This document shows positions 36,711-49,943 of a stretch of 64,000 nucleotides of DNA, one piece after another (position 1 is the stretch's first letter; every line of letters begins with the position of its first letter). Below the pieces are notes generated by a model. The model worked only from the letters and a program-made list of their open reading frames with translations. It ran no database searches and had not been told where the DNA came from. The DNA lies in contig NC_135829.1 of NCBI RefSeq assembly GCF_964213995.1, positions 3,286,001 through 3,350,000 on the forward strand, in the 5' to 3' direction. Source of the DNA: Mustelus asterias (Eukaryota). The translations under genes and the position numbers were made by a program.

Positions 36711-39700
36711 AATTAAGTGTAGTCTTGTTCTCGTTTGAATTGGCTATCGATAGTAGTTGTATGGGTTGCTCTCAAAATACACTATTTCCTTTAATGGGAT
36801 GGCAAGGAGAAATTCAAGGTAAGCGAGGGTAATTCTGGGGAAATCTCAAGAACAAACCCACAACAATGCAAATGCAGTGAATACCAACAGGCATACTCAC
36901 TTGTGTACATTTACAGCATGTAAAAATGTATGTTGCAGAAGTTTCAATGTTTTGGCAAAGGGATGGTCTAAAACTCAGCTTTGAGTTGAATGAAATACCA
37001 GCTTGATGGTCAGTTAGTTCAAGTTCCGTGTCACGTCTTGGGTGCATAATGTAGGATGACATGTGGTTGCAATGGTGAGCTCATGCTGAGCAGTCAGAGG
37101 TACCATATTTCAAAGGAGTTTAACAAATGATGAAATAGCCGATAGGGTGGCAATGTGGAAGAATGAGACCATGCATGCCTCATTAATTTTATGCAATCTT
37201 GTGGCATCTCATTTGGATGAGTATTACTGATGAAAATCTCAAATAGGTTTTGATAGTTAGATCCAGGAAATTCCTCACTGCAAACTAACACAAAAATTTG
37301 TTCTGATAAAAGTAATCAGCATGAAATATTAACTCTTTCTCACTCCAGAGACACTGCCTGAACTGATGAGCATTTTTAGTATTTCCGTTTCTTTAAAACA
37401 AAATTGTCTTGATGTTTTATTTATATAAAAGTTAAGTCATTTTGGGTTTTTTAGCAGATAAAATAGGTTCAAGAAATGGAGGAGTACATTATGTTAACAT
37501 GTACATGCATGGGAAAATATAATAGCTGTTTATATTGTGTTCTATCATTATTAGATTTGTAAGAATGAACACAGCACACCAAGAAGATTTGTGACAGTAA
37601 TTTCACAGCCTTGGTTCTGAAAAGACTGACAGCAACAAGAATCCAGTGGGCCTCAAAACAGACCTTGCAATGGCTCAAAGTAACATCCGAATTCCTGACA
37701 TCACACTCATTGTACAATGCGGGTTGAAGAGGATGTTTGATTTATGCCGCACTTCAACACGAGTCTCAGAAACTTCTCACAGAACTTCACAGGTGGCAAA
37801 TTGCTTTGATGTACCTTTTATGTAGGTCTAGAATGCACAGCAAGATCCCACAAGCAGAAATTAGATGAATAACTAGTTAAAAGGTTTTGGCAAGCTTGGC
37901 CTACACTTCCACAAACTGTGCCATCTGATCTTCATCAACCAAATGATTAACTCTCTGCTACTCACACTTACCGCTCGCTACCTTAATGCCGCTATTAGCA
38001 CCTTCTTTAGCCTTTATCACTACCATTAACACTCACTTTGTCTTGTGTTTATGCAATCTTTATCAAATCCCTCCCGAGCTCCCACCTACCCCTGACCTTC
38101 TATTCTGCTACACCTTCTCCACATCTCTCTCCAACTATATAAATCAATCACATGTCTGCTCCTCTTCAGCTCTGAAGAGCAGTCATGCAGGCTTGAAATG
38201 GGAATGTTGTTTCTCTCTCCACAGATGCTGCCAGACCCTGTGAGTCTTTTCAGTATTTTCTATTTATATTTCAGATTTCTGGCATCTGCAGCATTTTGCT
38301 TTGGACCCAGATTGCAACACCTCAGGCAACCATGCTGCCCTGCTTCGTACTACACTGGGTGATCAGCCAAGATTGTGCGCCCAAAGCCTAGAATTAACTA
38401 ATTTTGAACAAATGACCCAAGCAAACAAACTTTCCTCCTATACCCACACAGTTGAATACAGCTGCTTACTTCAGATATATTTCTTGCTCTCTTTGCTCCA
38501 CCTAGGTGTTCACATTTGACAACTCCTATCTTGTGAAATACCCTATGAGTAATATTAATATAGGAAACTGCTGATTCTATGTCCCTTACAATATTTAAAA
38601 ATAGGATACAGATTTTTGGCCTATTAAACAGGTTTCGGCAATTTATGATTTTTTTTAAATGGCACTAGCCAGACCTCTGATTTAGTTGTCTTCAAGTCCT
38701 GTGACTGAATAGATGTGGGAACTAATAAAATACATAGCTGAAATTAATTCGAAGAACATTTGTTTCCTGCAGAACCTTGTTATTAAATTAAATGCACATT
38801 GCAAGGATACTAAATTCTGTTATTAATGTAACTTATTATTGCTTGAGCTCATTATTAATATCCATCTTCAGTGTTTGGGTGCACACATCTTACCGCACAG
38901 CACAGTCCTGTTTACCACTTGCCATTTGCTGGTCTTTTCTCCTTTCCACACCTCAGTTTTTCTCCGAACGACACTGATCTCTTTGCTGAAGTTTTGTTCC
39001 AGAGGATATGCCAGTAATCCTCTGGCAAATCACCCAAATGTCAACTACTCCCACATAAGAACTAGGAGGAGTAGGCCATTTGGCCCCTCGAACTTGCTCT
39101 GCCATTCACTAAGATCATGGCTGATTTTTTCGTGGACTCAGCTCCACTTACCCACCCACTCACCATAACCCTTAATTCCTTTACTGTTCAAAAATCTCTG
39201 CCTTAAAAACATTCAATGAAGTAGCCTCAACTGCTTCACTGGGCAGGGAATTCCACAGACTCACAACCCTTTGGGTGAAGAAGTTCCTCCTCAACTCAGT
39301 CCTAAAGCTGCTCCCCTTTATTTTGAGGCCATGCCCCCCCAGTTCTAGTTTCTAGAATGACCTAGGATGGCTGGCTACCTGACCGTAACCCAGCCAAGTC
39401 AATCTTGGTTTCAGCTGAATGATCCCTAACCTGCTCTGCATGAACCATGGTTGATTGCGTTCCTTCCTATTCTGAGGTATTGAGGCCAAGGGTCACCGTC
39501 ACTTTGCCACTGTCCTGGCTGAGATAAGCGAACACACAATTGGTCAACGGACCTGCGATCACTATCTTTTGTAGTTCAACTGAACAATTCTTTAATTATG
39601 TAAGCCAGAGAAACTACTACTTTGTTTTTAATAAAAAGCAAACAAGGTTTGGCAAAACTATGAAGGCCACAGATGAACCGATCTACACTAGTCATCAAAT

Positions 39701-40015
39701 ACATCATAAGCAATGTTTCACAATCTTTCCTGTATATTAATATAGCAGCAGTGTTAAGCTCGCGGCTCAATCGAAGAGAGGAATAGATGCTTTATTAATA
39801 TGCATGCTCCTGTTAAGACATGCTGAGAGCTGATGCACCAAACAATTTAATCTGAAACTGGTCCACATGCCAAACAGCAAATATATCAACAACAAACTTG
39901 ACAGATTCAAAGATTCATGCTGCAACTTGAACAAGGTGGCAGACAGACAGAAAACAAACTTCATTTTTCATTTGGTCATTTCTGTAATAAGATCAGTAAA
40001 GCTGCTCAAGATCAT

Positions 40016-40379
40016 GGGGAGGCGATGGTCTCGTGGCATTAACGCTAGACTATTAATCCAGAAACTCAGCTAATGTTCTGGGGACCCGGGTTCGAATCCC
40101 GCCACGGCAGATGTTGGAATTTGAAATCAATAAAAAATATCTGGAATTAAGAATCTGCTGATGGCCACGAAACCATTGTCGATTGTCGGAAAAACCCATC
40201 TGGTTCACTGATGTCCTTTAGGGAAGGAAATCTGCTGTCCTTACCCGGTCTCGCCTATATCTGACTTCAGAGCCACAGCAATGTGGTTGACTCTCAACTG
40301 CCCTTGGGCAAGTAGGGATGGGCAATAAATACTGGCCAGCCAGCGACACTCATGACCCAGGAATGAATAAAAAAAAAAA
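40016..40379 (+). mobile_element. tRNA-derived SINE sharing its tail with the 8350-9050 LINE family
   Basis: B-box GGTTCGAATCCC; tail GGGATGGGCAATAAAT...GCCAGCGAC; poly-A. A second, inverted copy lies at ~56855-57305. Confidence 0.88.
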
Positions 40380-41381
40380 TCATGTGGTGAATGTTACACA
40401 TCATGAGAATATAAGGAAGCTTGGAATGGGAAAAGGCAATTTGATTCCTGTCATGCAATCTGTTCTATTATGGGTACTTCCTTCCCCATCACCTTTCCCC
40501 CAAGATCTTAAACCGCTGTTTATTTAACAGATCTATGAATATCTCTGCAACAACTAGTTTTTTAAAATATTAACTGATCCACAATGATCTACTTTTACTG
40601 ATGGCCGGCAGCACTAAATATTAATATTTAATAAAATCACCACATTACATCTGGATCTATTTCAGTGTAACTGAAGGGCAAAAACCAATGAGATCCTTTG
40701 AACTGTTGATGGTTGAAACAGGGACTGCCTTTATATGGAACAATTCAAAGAATGATGGATAGAGATAAAAATTCTGACGCTCATACTCATTCACTGAACT
40801 GCATCCTTGACATATTAAAGTCCATGTAGGTCAGGTACCTTGCATCAGAATTTACTGTGCATAGAAGGAAAGAAATTGGTGTAGCATTGGTGACGCCGAT
40901 AATGATACCGTGCACAAATACAACGTTTGAAAACTATTACGCTAAATGACCAAAAGTCAAGACGACCTGGCGTTCAACACATTTGCAACCACAAGGGAAG
41001 CAGAGTGCTCTCTGCACGGCACTGATCAAGCAGTCTAAGCTCAGTAACTTGTACTGCAGCCAGTCATGCATTACTAGACCTCAACTGGTCATTTTACAGA
41101 CATCACTGTTCCAAAATTTGGTGGAGCCGACAAGCAAATAGGGGAGCATATGGACTGTTCGTATTTGAAAAAGAAAATTTGAATATATTTGAACATTAAG
41201 GTGTATTTTTTCCCAATTACATAATAGAGTGACGAATTGGAATTTCTTTTGGTAGCATCAAAACCCTAATTATTTTCGGAAAACCAATACATTTTGACAA
41301 TTATCCCTGTACTTTCCTTGTGGATGTGCAATGGTGAATTAGCATCTCACACTACTGGCAATACAAAACTGAAATACTAAC

Positions 41382-41438
41382 CGGTTCTGAATCATAGTAA
41401 TAATCATCCCAAGTCTGCCTGAGCGGCTTCTTTGTCAT
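41382..41438 (-). CDS. MYO9A: Myosin IXa small symmetric (phase 0-0) exon, 57 nt, probably a cassette exon
   Basis: ctttctcag|ATG...CCG|gttagt; MTKKPLRQTWDDYYYDSEP, closely matching the MYO9A-specific insert I recall as ITKKPLRQSWDDYCYDSEP in mammals. This supports MYO9A rather than MYO9B. Confidence 0.93.
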
Positions 41439-44400
41439 CTGAGAAAGCAAGGTAAATGGTGTTAGGAAGCAAGTACTTCTCTCAAACAATTTTCACAAGA
41501 ATGGCTCAGGTTGCACATGCAGCAGTAAAGCTCAAGGAAAGCCGGTGTTACTCCCAACAAGCACCTTCACCCAACAGCACAGCGATTTTTCCAAAAGCTG
41601 TTCTGAAAAAAATCTAAAATAATCTTGCTGTAATGATCTCTCCGCACTGCAAAGCATATTTAATTATCAATCAATAGCTATTGCGTGCTCAAACTACTTC
41701 ATTAATTACAACTGTAAAGGAAAATATTTAAGTCCATTTATAAACATTAGCCACAGACTATCTGCCATCTTCATCAATAATGGTATTCATCAATTTTGAC
41801 TCCCCCATACATGCTCCCCTGCTGCCCCAATTAAATCTCTGCACATATTCTTCATCTGTAGGTATAACTGAGCATATCTTCCTCTAGGGATGCATCTCAT
41901 TACAATTACGGGGGCAATATTGGGCATTTTGCATGGTACCCAAATGCTACAGAATCGAATCCCCACAGTACAGGAGGAGGCCATTCAACCCGTCGAATCT
42001 TCACTGACTCTCCGAAAAAGCATTTTACCCAGGCCCAACCCCCTGCCCTATCCCCACAGGTTTACCATGGCTAATCCACCTAACCTGCACATCTTTTGGA
42101 CTGTTGGAGTGAACAGGAGCACCCAGGGGAAACCCACACAGACACCGGGAGAACGTGCAAACTCCACAGACGGTCACCCAAGGCCGGGATTGAACCCCGG
42201 TCCCTGGAGCTGTGAGACAGCAGTGCTAACCACTGTGCCAATGTGCGGTCCCCATTGAAATAAATGCTGAAACCCAAATAAAACCAGAAAAGTGTTCAAA
42301 GGCACAAGTGAATTAGCATGTGAACACAGGATTCAGGTTTGTATCACTCGATACAGCCTTTGCATTTTATGTTTTTAATTCAAAGTGATGTCATTGCATT
42401 GGAGACAAAACAGAAAGAACCAATAAAAAGCCATTGATAAAATCACCTTGAGAATTTTTTATTTAAATTTACACTCAATCTCCAGATGATGCCAGCTAAG
42501 TTTGTTACCACCTTTCTACTATTTTTTTTAGCTAGCGCCTGATCAATCAAGAAAGCAACAACCAATACATTGCCGTCCATGTCCAGTTCTGTGCTAAGCA
42601 ACAGTATTTATGCCAAACAAACATCACCACCGGTTATAACATTCCATCTAAAGGACTGCATCCCCAAAAACACAGTATTACTCAGCCATATCAGCCTACA
42701 TGACAATCAAATCCTGAAGTCGAAACTTTAACACAGTGGTGGAAATGTTACGATTTATTATTTTGACATATCCATAACTTTTTTTTCCCTTCTATTTCAC
42801 TCTTCCTGCCCAGTGCACATGGCTGGCTGTCAAGCATCCCTTCTTTGGCAAAGGAGGAAGGCTCATCAGCAACAGCCCTCTCCCGAGTTATATTCAGTTA
42901 AATCACTTTCAAAACAAAGCGAAAAAATTATCACAACTTTAAACACATACAATTTAGTTAAAACCAAATTACTGTACATGCTGGAATCTGAAACAAAAAC
43001 AGAAAACACTGGAAAATCTCAGCAGCTCTGACAGCATGTGGAGAGTTCTTTTAATTTATTTATTAGTGTCACAAGTTGGCTTACATTAACACTGCAATGA
43101 AGTTGCTGTGAAAATCCCCTAGTCGCCACACTCAGGCACCTGTTCGTGCACATTGAGGGAGAATTTAGCATCGCCAATGCACCCTAACCAGCACGTCTTT
43201 CAGACTGTGGGAGGAAACCCACGCAGACACAGGGAGAACATGCAGACTCGACACAGACAGTGACCCAAGCCAGAAATCAAAAACGGGTTCCGAGCGCATT
43301 GAGGGAGCAGTGCTAACCACTGTGCCGAGAACAGAGCTAACATTTCAAGTCTGGATGACTTTGTCAGAGCAATTTAGTTAAGATATGCACAAATAGGGCA
43401 GAGTAATCGTCCTATTATTACAAAAGACTAACAGTTTGAGTGAGGTATGTTCATGAAGACATACAAAGCACAGTACCAATCAAGTTTATTTTTCATGCAA
43501 AAAGTACATATACCCAAGAGTTGTACTTTTTACGTATCCAAGTAGATTCCAAGTATGGTTGGTGGTTACTATCATATGAAGTGGATTGGTTTGGGTGGGA
43601 GGCTGGCATTGAAGTGTGCTAGGGTTGTACCACAGTAATGTTGCATGGGCCTGTTAGACCAACTGCTACATACTTTGCATATGTTTTGTAAATACAGTGT
43701 CCAACAACCTTAGTAAGCATCCTTTTAACACAGTAACTAACATGAATGTAACCTTTCCCCACATACACAAAGTTTACGGACTAGTTGCCTTCCCCTTTTC
43801 TGAAGGCAACTTGTTTGTTACAGTACCTTGAGCATCAGTTGCCACCCGATACTCATTGAAGTACCTAACCTTCACTGGCAATATCAGCAGTCACCAAGAG
43901 CAAGTCCCAACTCGACCCATACAAAGTATTTTCCAGCAGGATGTAATCTAGAGCAAGAGCCTATCTGATCTTGCTGCTCTGGCTAAGAGAGCTAAGGCAA
44001 TTGCGATTCTGTAATTTCATCTACATACGACAGGCAAAGCATAGAATCTAGATTTTCTGATCTGTAGGATTCAATTAGTCAGCCACATGTTGCCTTAATC
44101 AGTACGACTGAGGGAAGTTACTGGACCTTGTTCCAAATTGCAATTACTAGTGTCCTCAAAAGAAGCTAAATTCAAATTAGCTTCACCAAAGGAAGGAAAT
44201 GAAAAGCCAAAAGGCTTTGTACTCCCTTTCATAGCCTGGTTTTAAAAAAAGTAAAGATTATCCTCAGATTCCAAAACATTCATTCATCTATTTTTATATT
44301 TAACTTTTTAATAAAAATAATTCTATTTCTAGCAGGATATTCGCCCCTGTCAAAATTTTGAAATTTACGTGCATGTTCCATTGGTTTAAAGCTTGCTTTG

Positions 44401-44763
44401 AACTTCAGTCAAAAGCCCTTGGGATGCTTCAACCTTGTTAATCACAGCTCTACACCCGAATACTTCCATTAAATGGTTCAAATTTGCCATGCCCTTTCCC
44501 TGTTCGGTAACATATATTCAGATCGTTAATACTTCATAGTTTAATATATATTACCTTACTTTGAGAAATTGTTAACCAGCAGATGCCATTAATTAACTCG
44601 GATCCATATGAATACTATCAAACTTCCTTACTCTTGCCAACAGCTTCGTGGCATCAATCACTTCAATACTGAAAAAACAGCTTCCTGACAATCACTGCTG
44701 AATGTATTAACTTTAATTTCTCACAAATAATATCTGCACAAAATCGAGATTTCTGGAGCTAAC

Positions 44764-44863
44764 CTGATTCAAGTAATGGTATTCCTCAGGCTCAAGCAGA
44801 TGGAAAGTCTTCTTTTCTTCTTCATTGGCTCCTGCCAGCAAGTAGTAGAATACGTGATAGTTC
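44764..44863 (-). CDS. MYO9A: Myosin IXa exon (100 nt)
   Basis: cag|G AAC...CAG|gttag; [33 protein letters not shown] (myosin ERNYHIFY-type motif). Confidence 0.97.
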
Positions 44864-44987
44864 CTGAAACACAAATGTCATGTCACACACCGTCACATTT
44901 ACATTCAAGGGACTGCAAAACAACAAAGAATCTGTGAAGATTTGGCAACTTCAGATCAGTTACACAAAAAAAACCCCCAGACATCAT

Positions 44988-45882
44988 GGCTGGAATTCTC
45001 CCCAAAAAACTCTAAGTGTCCAATTCACATGAAGACTGGGGTAATTCACATTGGTTTTTTCAGTGGGAGTTCAGAGAAGAATTTCCTGCACTCTGTGCGC
45101 TGAAGAGGCCACCAGCGTGAATATCATTAAATTTCAGCGGGTGGGGCCTATTCCCGCAGGAGAGGCTGAAATCAGCGCGCTGAGCGGGCTACTGCGCATG
45201 CGCCGATCTGTCAGTGCCAAGATCGACGCATGCGCAGTGGCCCCACATTGCCGGCCTCCCAATTGCTGACCAGCCTCGCGACCCCTGCAACGCCGGCTCT
45301 CAGCTTCACTCCCCCCCCCCCACAGCCCTGCTCCGATCTCCAGCCGCACCCCCTCCCAACCGATTTCCCCGCAGAGCTGGCCGCACTGACCCCCCCCCCC
45401 CCCCCCCCCCCGGCTAGCCTCCCTCCCCCACTGATCCTTATGCAGAGTGGCAGCGAGACCCCTCATCCCCACCGATCGTCAAGGGGCATAAAATGGCAAC
45501 ACCAGGGTGCCAATGTACAGGGGGCAGCCCCCCCACCCCCTGCACCCGACATTCTGGGGGACCCCGATTGTCCCCCCTTCACTCCAGCGGGGTCGGGCAG
45601 CTAGTTCCCTGTTAGTGGGGAGCCAGTCTAAACCCCGCTGGAGTGAACCACTCTGGCAGGGGACGGGGAGATTCTAGCAGTCCCGGAGACTGGGCCCACT
45701 AATTGCATTTAAATTGTATTTAAAATAATATTTAAATTATTTCTGCGCCTCCCCGCCGATTTCCAGCGGAGCTGATGCCACTGGAAATCCGGCGCTGGGA
45801 GACATTATCGGAGTGGGAACGCATGCACGAATCCCGTGCATCGCTCATAGCGAGATTCTCTCAGCCTGGGAGAATCGCAGCC
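44988..45882. mobile_element. Non-autonomous DNA transposon (MITE, PIF/Harbinger-like)
   Basis: Left TIR GGCTGGAATTCTCCC vs reverse complement of the right end GGCTGCGATTCTCCC (13/15); 3-bp TSD CAT at 44985-44987 and 45883-45885; GC/CpG-rich interior with poly-C runs. Confidence 0.8.
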
Positions 45883-46294
45883 CATGTGTACACCCCCAAG
45901 AGTAAAAACGCCACTAACATTAATTAATTCAATTCGACTTTCAGTTGTTGGATGTGGAAATGACTTAATCTGCAAAACATTGAGTCCGATTGTTGCCAGC
46001 ACCATTGATGGCACAGACTTCACTTTATTTTTTGATTTCTTTATTTTAATCCTCCAAGGTCCAATTAAAGAGGGAGAATCTCTGCATATCTGATGAAGAC
46101 AAGGCTACCATTGGCTTGGCACGGAATTTCAATTCTCGGCAAAGTGCCACCCTTAGTTTGAAATCCGGGAAGGGCTGGTTCTCTGTTGGATCACTACCTG
46201 AGTTCCCACAAAGAAAAAGGATAAAGAGAACACATGCACAACTCGTTCCCAAAAATCTGAAGAACCAAGATGCTGTGAGGATATAGCATGTCGA

Positions 46295-48350
46295 AAGTAC
46301 AGAAAGATGCCACGTGCTCCATTGTATCAGTGCCGGCCAAAACACGAGCCATTCAGCCTAATCCCACTTTCCAGCATTTGGTCCATAGCCCTGCAGGTTA
46401 TGACATTTGAGGGGCATATCCAGGCACACTGTAAATCAGCTGAAGGTGTCTGCTTCTGTTACTCTTTCAAGCAGTGAGGTCCAGGCCCCGCACAACCTTC
46501 TGGGTGAAAAGTGATTCATCTCCCCTCTGGTGCTGTGAGGCAGCAGTGCTAACCACTGTGCCTGTGAGGAGCAAAGCCTTAGATTACAGGATGATATAGA
46601 TGGGCAGAACATGACAAATGGAATTTAACCCTGAAAAGTGTGATTTACAAGGTAAATGGTAGGACACTGAAGAGTGCAGTAGAACAGAGGGATCTGGGAA
46701 TACAGATACATAATTCCCTAAAAGTGGCGTCACAGGTAGATAGGGTCGTAAAGACTGCTTTTGGTACATAAATAAATCAAAGTATTGAGTATAAGAGTTG
46801 GAATGTTATGGTGAGGTTGTATAAGACATTGGTGAGGCCGAATTTAGAGTATTGTGTGCAGTTTTGGTCACCTAATTACAGGAAGGATATTAATAAGGTT
46901 GAAAGAGTGCAGAGAAGGTTTACAAGGATGTTGCCGGGACTTGAGAAACTGAGTTACAGAGAAAGGTTGAATAGGTTAAGACTTTATTCCCTGGAGCGTA
47001 GAAGAATGAGGGGAGATTTGATAGAGGTGTATTATGATGGGTATAGATAGAGTGAATGCAAGCAGGCCTTTTCCGCTGAGGCTAGGGGAGAAAAAAAACT
47101 AGAGGACATGGGTTAAGGGGGAAAAGTTTAAAGGGAATATTAGGGGGGCTTCTTCACACAGAGTGGTGGGAGTGTGGAATGAGCTGCCAGATGAAGTGGT
47201 GAATGCGGGCTCACTTTTAACATTTAAGAAAAACTTGGACAGGTACATGGATGAGAGGGGTGTGGAGGGATATGGTCCAGGTGCAGATCAGTGGGACTGG
47301 GCAGAAAAATGGTTCGGCACAGCCAAGAAGGGCCAAAAGGCTGTAATGTTCTATGGTTCCATGGTTCTAATCTTTCTACCAATCACTTCAAATCTAGTCA
47401 CTGACCTCTGTGCTAAGGAAAATAGGCCTTTCCCATCCACTCTATCCAGGCTCCTCAGAATTTTGTACATCTCAATCTAATCTCTCCTCAGCCTCCTCCG
47501 TTCCAGGGAGAATAATCCCAGCCTGTCCGATCTTTCCTTGTGGCTGCATTTTCCAGTTCTGGCAACATCCTCATAAATCTCCTCTGTACCCTCTCTAGTA
47601 CAAATACATCCTTTTTGTAAAAAGATAACCAGGACTGCATACAATTTTCAAGTTGTGGTCTAACTATATACACAGTTCCTCCACAAGCTTCCTGCTCTTC
47701 TAGACCTTGGCTAACAAAAGGAAGGATGCCATATGCTTTCTTAACCACCTTTTTGGCCTGAACTACTACCTGCAGGGATCTGTGGACATTCACTCCAAGA
47801 TGCCTCATTTCTTCTGCACCTCTCAGTATTTGCCCATTAATTATACATTCTTTGCCTTGTATGACTTCCTGAAATGCACAAATCACACTCTAGGTTGAAT
47901 TCCATTTTCCACTTTTCCCTTCAGCTGACTTGCCCACTGATATCTTCCCATAGAATACCAATGGTGCAGGAGGCCGCCATTTGGCCCATCATGTTTGCAC
48001 CAACTTTTCGAAGTGCATTTTACCCAGGCCCAACCCCCGCCTCCCCTCCCATCCCATCCCCATAAACCCACCACGGCCATTCCACCTAATCGGGCACCAT
48101 CTTCCTCACTTACCATGCGGCCAACTGTTGTGCTGTCTGCAAACATCTTGATCATGCCCCTACATTTACATCCAATCATTAATACAGACCACAAAGGGCA
48201 GGGGGCCGAGGACTGAGCCCTGTGGAAACCCACTGGAAACAGCCTTCAGGTGCAAAAACACCCGTCAACAATTACCCTTTGTTTTCTGCCACTGGCCAAT
48301 TTTGATCCAGCTTGCTACATTCCCCTGGATTCCATGGGCTTGTATGTGGG
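46295..48350 (-). mobile_element. Older CR1 family C, interrupted by a plus-strand CR1 (46580-47366) and a SINE tail (~47949-48090)
   Basis: ORFs 47488-47886 and 47883-48233 (MFADST) on minus; ORFs 46808-47050 and 47163-47480 on plus. Confidence 0.87.
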
Positions 48351-49880
48351 ACCTTTTCAAAAGGAATTCATAACTCTGAAACCAAAATGCATCCCTTCCA
48401 TTCAGACTGTCGTAAACTATTTCAATAAGCAATTGCATCTTGGTAAACTGGAGCAAAGAGTCATTTAAGTCATTGGACAACCTGCAGTTGTGGACTGTCA
48501 CATGGCTTTCTAATAACTGGTACATTTCCACTCTGTAATTACACACCAGGATGTAAATGGTCTCATACACATTATAATGCCTCGGAAAATTAAATATGAA
48601 TTTGTTACCACATACCAATTTTGTTTTATTAAAAAAAAATACATGAAGTACTACCGGATCCAAAGACTATGGCTTCAATTCCTCTCTGTATCTAGGTCTG
48701 GCCTCTGGTGTCAAGCCTTTACATGTAAAATTTGCTATGTTTCAATCCACAGAAAAATTAATGGAATAGTAATTTCAATATATTCCCCAGTGTCTTGGCA
48801 GCTTCATTACTGAGTTAATAATAGAAATCCCTTTTAGAACAAATGATCTTTCAGATCAATCTATAAAAGTTCGACTCCTGAAAATGTTTAAAGGATTACT
48901 CCAAGACAAAATCATATATGAGCTTCATCCTCAGCTACTTATCAGGGAACACCTCCAATTGTTTTTGAAAATATAATGTTGTGACCTGCTTGGTAGGGTC
49001 AATAAGTTTGCTCCAAAACTGTTAATTTTGGGGGTGAATTTTGCATTCATTAGCGTTAGAAAATGGAATGATTTATTTCCCAGTTGAGACATCAGGTCAA
49101 ATATCAAAGCAAAATTTCCTCCACACTGCCATTTTCAAGAAATTGCACGTCAGTTGCACCATAAGAGTTACAAGCAAAATAAAGCTTCCTCTACACTTAA
49201 TTTATACTGTTCTATGACCTGCAAATGCTTGGTGGGACAGAATAAAGCCCCATTTACAATATGCCAAACATTCCCAGGTTATGTACAGCAATGTTTAAAA
49301 CTAATGGTCATTTTGTTCTGTCCTATCAGATGCAGAATAAAGTTCCTTTTCTTCTGCTCAATAATAATTCTGCCTCAACTTAAGAAAAGTCCCTCCTATT
49401 GCATCAATGTGATTTCTTCCACTTCTGACATCCTGGTGTGAGTAAAACTGCTAATTTAGGACTCGTTGGAGACTATAAAAATTGTGTTCAAACTCACTTT
49501 GCATAGGAAGTTTACAATGAATGCTGCATTTGGAGCGGAAATAGTTTTCATAAACTAACAGTTATTGCTTTCAATGGGCTAAATGACAGTGGCAACTGAG
49601 GCAAAGGAAAGCCATCATGATTCAGCATATAATCTCACAAATGTAACAAAAACAACACTTTCAATCAACAAGGCATTGATCTCCATGCAAAGATCCACTT
49701 TAAAGAATAACTTTAAATCTGATTTCAAGACCTAATTTATCCCAGAATCCACTTTGACACTGTTGTTTGCAGATGCCATTCCTCTGTATGCTTGTGTCAG
49801 GGAGGATTAGCCCCACTTTATATCTGGAGATGCACATAACATGCCAAATTGGCTCATGTAACAGTTTGCATACATCTTAC

Positions 49881-49943
49881 CGTTCATTATGCTCCTGGTA
49901 GACCAGTCTCGATTTCTCCAGCAGGTACTTTTCAACATAGGCT
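49881..49943 (-). CDS. MYO9A: Myosin IXa exon (63 nt)
   Basis: tag|A GCC...GAA CG|gtaag; AYVEKYLLEKSRLVYQEHNE(R), with the conserved myosin YLLEKSR motif; phase matches both neighbours. Confidence 0.97.

Noticed and set aside
45134-45604. Pro/Gly-rich ORFs
   Set aside because: They result from poly-C runs in the non-coding MITE; no transposase motifs.
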